The notes under the pieces were generated by a model that had not been told where the DNA came from, made no database searches, and worked only from the letters and a program-made list of their open reading frames with translations. Shown one piece after another: positions 61,806 to 64,000 of a DNA stretch of 64,000 bases. How positions within the stretch are numbered: the first letter of the stretch is position 1; each line of letters begins with the position of its first letter. The translations under genes and the position numbers were made by a program. The stretch comes from Candidatus Multivoradales bacterium (GTDB taxonomy: Bacteria; Acidobacteriota; Thermoanaerobaculia; Multivoradales; JAHEKO01): NCBI GenBank assembly GCA_965248055.1, contig CBDFIJ010000004.1:1536001-1600000 (forward strand), written 5' to 3'.

Positions 61806-64000
61806 TCAAATTGTCCAAGGCGCTTGGCTGTCTGGGTTGATACCAAATTCGCGGATCGCCCGGGAAACCACCGCAGACTCGATCAAGCCTTGCTCAGAGA
61901 GAGCGTGTAACGCTGCTACCACCACATGGTAGCGATCGATCTCGAAGAATCGACGGAGTTTGGAGCGGGTGTCGCTACGGCCAAAGCCATCGGTGCCCAG
62001 CACTGAGTAGGGACGTTTGACCCAGGGCCGGATCTGATCCGCGACCGTGCGCATCCAATCGGTTGAGGCAATCACCGGACCTAACCGATCGGCAAAGCAC
62101 TGCTCGACATACGAAAGCTTGTTTGGGTCGCCCGGGTGCAATCGGTTCCAACGTTCCGCCGCCATGCCATCTCGGCGCAGTTCATTGAAGCTGGTGGCGC
62201 TCCACACCGAGGCTGCGACCTCGTAATCGTTGCGCAGGATGGTGGCGGCGGCCTCCACTTCGCGCAGGATTGACCCACTGCCGAGAAGGTCCACGGCTGG
62301 CTCAGTATCGGTCGATTCGACCCCATCCAAGAGATATAGGCCGCGACGAATCCCGTCCTCCACGTCCTCCGGTAGAGGTGGATGATCATAGTTTTCATTG
62401 AGCAAGGTGACGTAGTAAAAGACCCCTTCGCCCTCTTGATACATCCGCCGAAGGCCATCCTGAAGAATCACCGCCAACTCGTAGCCGTAGGTTGGGTCGT
62501 AGGCGATGCAGTTGGGTACGGTTGAAGCGGCCAAGTGACTGTGACCGTCTTGATGCTGCAGTCCTTCGCCATTCAAGGTGGTTCTACCCGAGGTCGCGCC
62601 GAGCAGGAATCCATTGGCTTGCATATCCCCGGCAGCCCAAATTAGGTCGCCGACGCGCTGAAATCCGAACATCGAATAGAAGATGAAAAACGGAATCATG
62701 TGGCGACCGTAGTTGGTGTACGAGAGTCCAGCGGCAATCCAAGAGGACAGCGCGCCGGCTTCAGAGATTCCCTCTTCCAGGATTTGGCCGGTCTTGGATT
62801 CCCGGTAGTAGGCCAACTGCTCATGATCTACCGGCTGATAGAGCTGGCCTTCCGAGGCGTAGATCCCGACCTGGCGAAACATGCCTTCCATGCCGAAAGT
62901 GCGCGCTTCGTCGGCGACGATCGGCACCACTCGATCCTTGATCTCCTTGTTACGCGTCAGAGTCATCAACCAGCGGACAAAGGCCATGGTGGTCGAGACA
63001 TCCCGGCCACCCGAGCCCTTGAGCACACTGCGAAACGATTCGAGGTCGGGAACGGTCAGAGGTTGGGCGTCGGTGAGCCGGGCCGGAAACCACCCTCCGA
63101 GCGACTCCCGCCGCTCTCTGAGATAGGCCATCTCCGGAGAGTTCTCCGCCGGTTTGTAGAACGGCAACTCATCGAGCTGCTCGTCGCTGATCGGAATCGC
63201 AAACCGGTCGCGGAAATGGCGCAGCGCCTCTTCACCCATCTTTTTCTGTTGGTGGGTGATGTTCTGCCCTTCGCCGGCCTCGCCCATGCCGTAGCCTTTG
63301 ATGGTCTTGGCCAAGATCACCGTCGGGCGACCCGTGTGCTCCATCGCCGCCGCGTAGGCTGCATAAACCTTGTCTGGGTCATGACCACCGCGCTTCAGGC
63401 GCCACAGGTCGTCGTCGGAGAGATGGGCGACCATCTCCTGCAACTCAGGATGCTTGCCAAAAAAATGTTCGCGCACGAAGGCGCCGTCGTTGGCACCGTA
63501 GGCTTGATAGTCGCCGTCCACTGCTTCTTCCAACCTCTGACGCAGCAAACCACCGGGGTCTTGCGACAACAAGGGATCCCAGTTGGCACCCAGGATCACC
63601 TTGATCACGTTCCAACCGGCGCCGCGAAACACCCCTTCCAGTTCTTGGATGATCTTGCCGTTACCGCGGACGGGACCATCCAACCGCTGGAGATTGCAGT
63701 TGATGACAAAGATCAGATTGTCGAGATTCTCGCGAGCTCCGAGTGAAATCGCGCCCAGCGATTCTGGCTCGTCGGTCTCTCCATCACCGAGAAAGGCCCA
63801 GACTTTACGATTGCCGGCGGGCACAATGCCCCGGTTATCCAGATACTTCATAAACCGGGCTTGATAGATCGCCTGAATCGGCGCCAAGCCCATCGACACG
63901 GTGGCGAACTGCCAGTAATCGGGTTTCAACCAAGGATGAGGATAGGAAGGGAGTCCACCATCGAGTTCCCGGCGGAATAACCGCAGTTCCTCTTCACTCA
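61806..64000 (-). CDS. aceE: Pyruvate dehydrogenase E1, homodimeric type (partial, start beyond window)
   Basis: SYPHPW, TVSMGL, GDGETDEPES, NLQRLDGPV and GEGLQHQDG motifs. Confidence 0.96.
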   Translation of the reverse strand, partial: SEEELRLFRRELDGGLPSYPHPWLKPDYWQFATVSMGLAPIQAIYQARFMKYLDNRGIVPAGNRKVWAFLGDGETDEPESLGAISLGARENLDNLIFVINCNLQRLDGPVRGNGKIIQELEGVFRGAGWNVIKVILGANWDPLLSQDPGGLLRQRLEEAVDGDYQAYGANDGAFVREHFFGKHPELQEMVAHLSDDDLWRLKRGGHDPDKVYAAYAAAMEHTGRPTVILAKTIKGYGMGEAGEGQNITHQQKKMGEEALRHFRDRFAIPISDEQLDELPFYKPAENSPEMAYLRERRESLGGWFPARLTDAQPLTVPDLESFRSVLKGSGGRDVSTTMAFVRWLMTLTRNKEIKDRVVPIVADEARTFGMEGMFRQVGIYASEGQLYQPVDHEQLAYYRESKTGQILEEGISEAGALSSWIAAGLSYTNYGRHMIPFFIFYSMFGFQRVGDLIWAAGDMQANGFLLGATSGRTTLNGEGLQHQDGHSHLAASTVPNCIAYDPTYGYELAVILQDGLRRMYQEGEGVFYYVTLLNENYDHPPLPEDVEDGIRRGLYLLDGVESTDTEPAVDLLGSGSILREVEAAATILRNDYEVAASVWSATSFNELRRDGMAAERWNRLHPGDPNKLSYVEQCFADRLGPVIASTDWMRTVADQIRPWVKRPYSVLGTDGFGRSDTRSKLRRFFEIDRYHVVVAALHALSEQGLIESAVVSRAIREFGINPDSQAPWTI

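Overview
Mostly core bacterial chromosome. Gene content and style suggest Acidobacteriota, possibly Thermoanaerobaculia-like; this is an inference and should be confirmed from the 16S. In order: the nuoA-B-C-D-H-I-J-K end of a complex I operon lacking nuoEFG; DUF418; a MidA/NDUFAF7 methyltransferase; a frameshifted heptose kinase, a heptosyltransferase and pilB; pduO and a pabB-pabC fusion; a ~16 kb phosphate/polyphosphate island (pstB-pstB-pstA-pstC-phoU fusion-pstS-OprO/P porin, ppx, Ser/Thr kinase, Cys-rich lipoprotein, sixA, ppk1, phoR-phoB); an S8 protease; a complete 16S-tRNA-Ile-tRNA-Ala-23S-5S operon flanked by two different IS481-family elements; htrA, a kinase-glycoside hydrolase fusion, rng and rodA-mrdA-mreDCB; ppiD-ruvAB; a CsoR copper module; and the lpdA-aceF-aceE pyruvate dehydrogenase genes. 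The most unusual signals are: (1) a non-canonical Pho system with two PstB subunits whose degenerate motifs all fall in one composite ATP site, a PhoU fused to a catalytically dead LMW-PTP/ArsC domain, and a PhoR with no transmembrane segment; (2) an IS481 element with a strongly structured non-coding leader, inserted 5 bp upstream of the rRNA promoter -35. No CRISPR array was seen. Many start coordinates are my re-calls from RBS or gene overlaps, and the rRNA ends are approximate.
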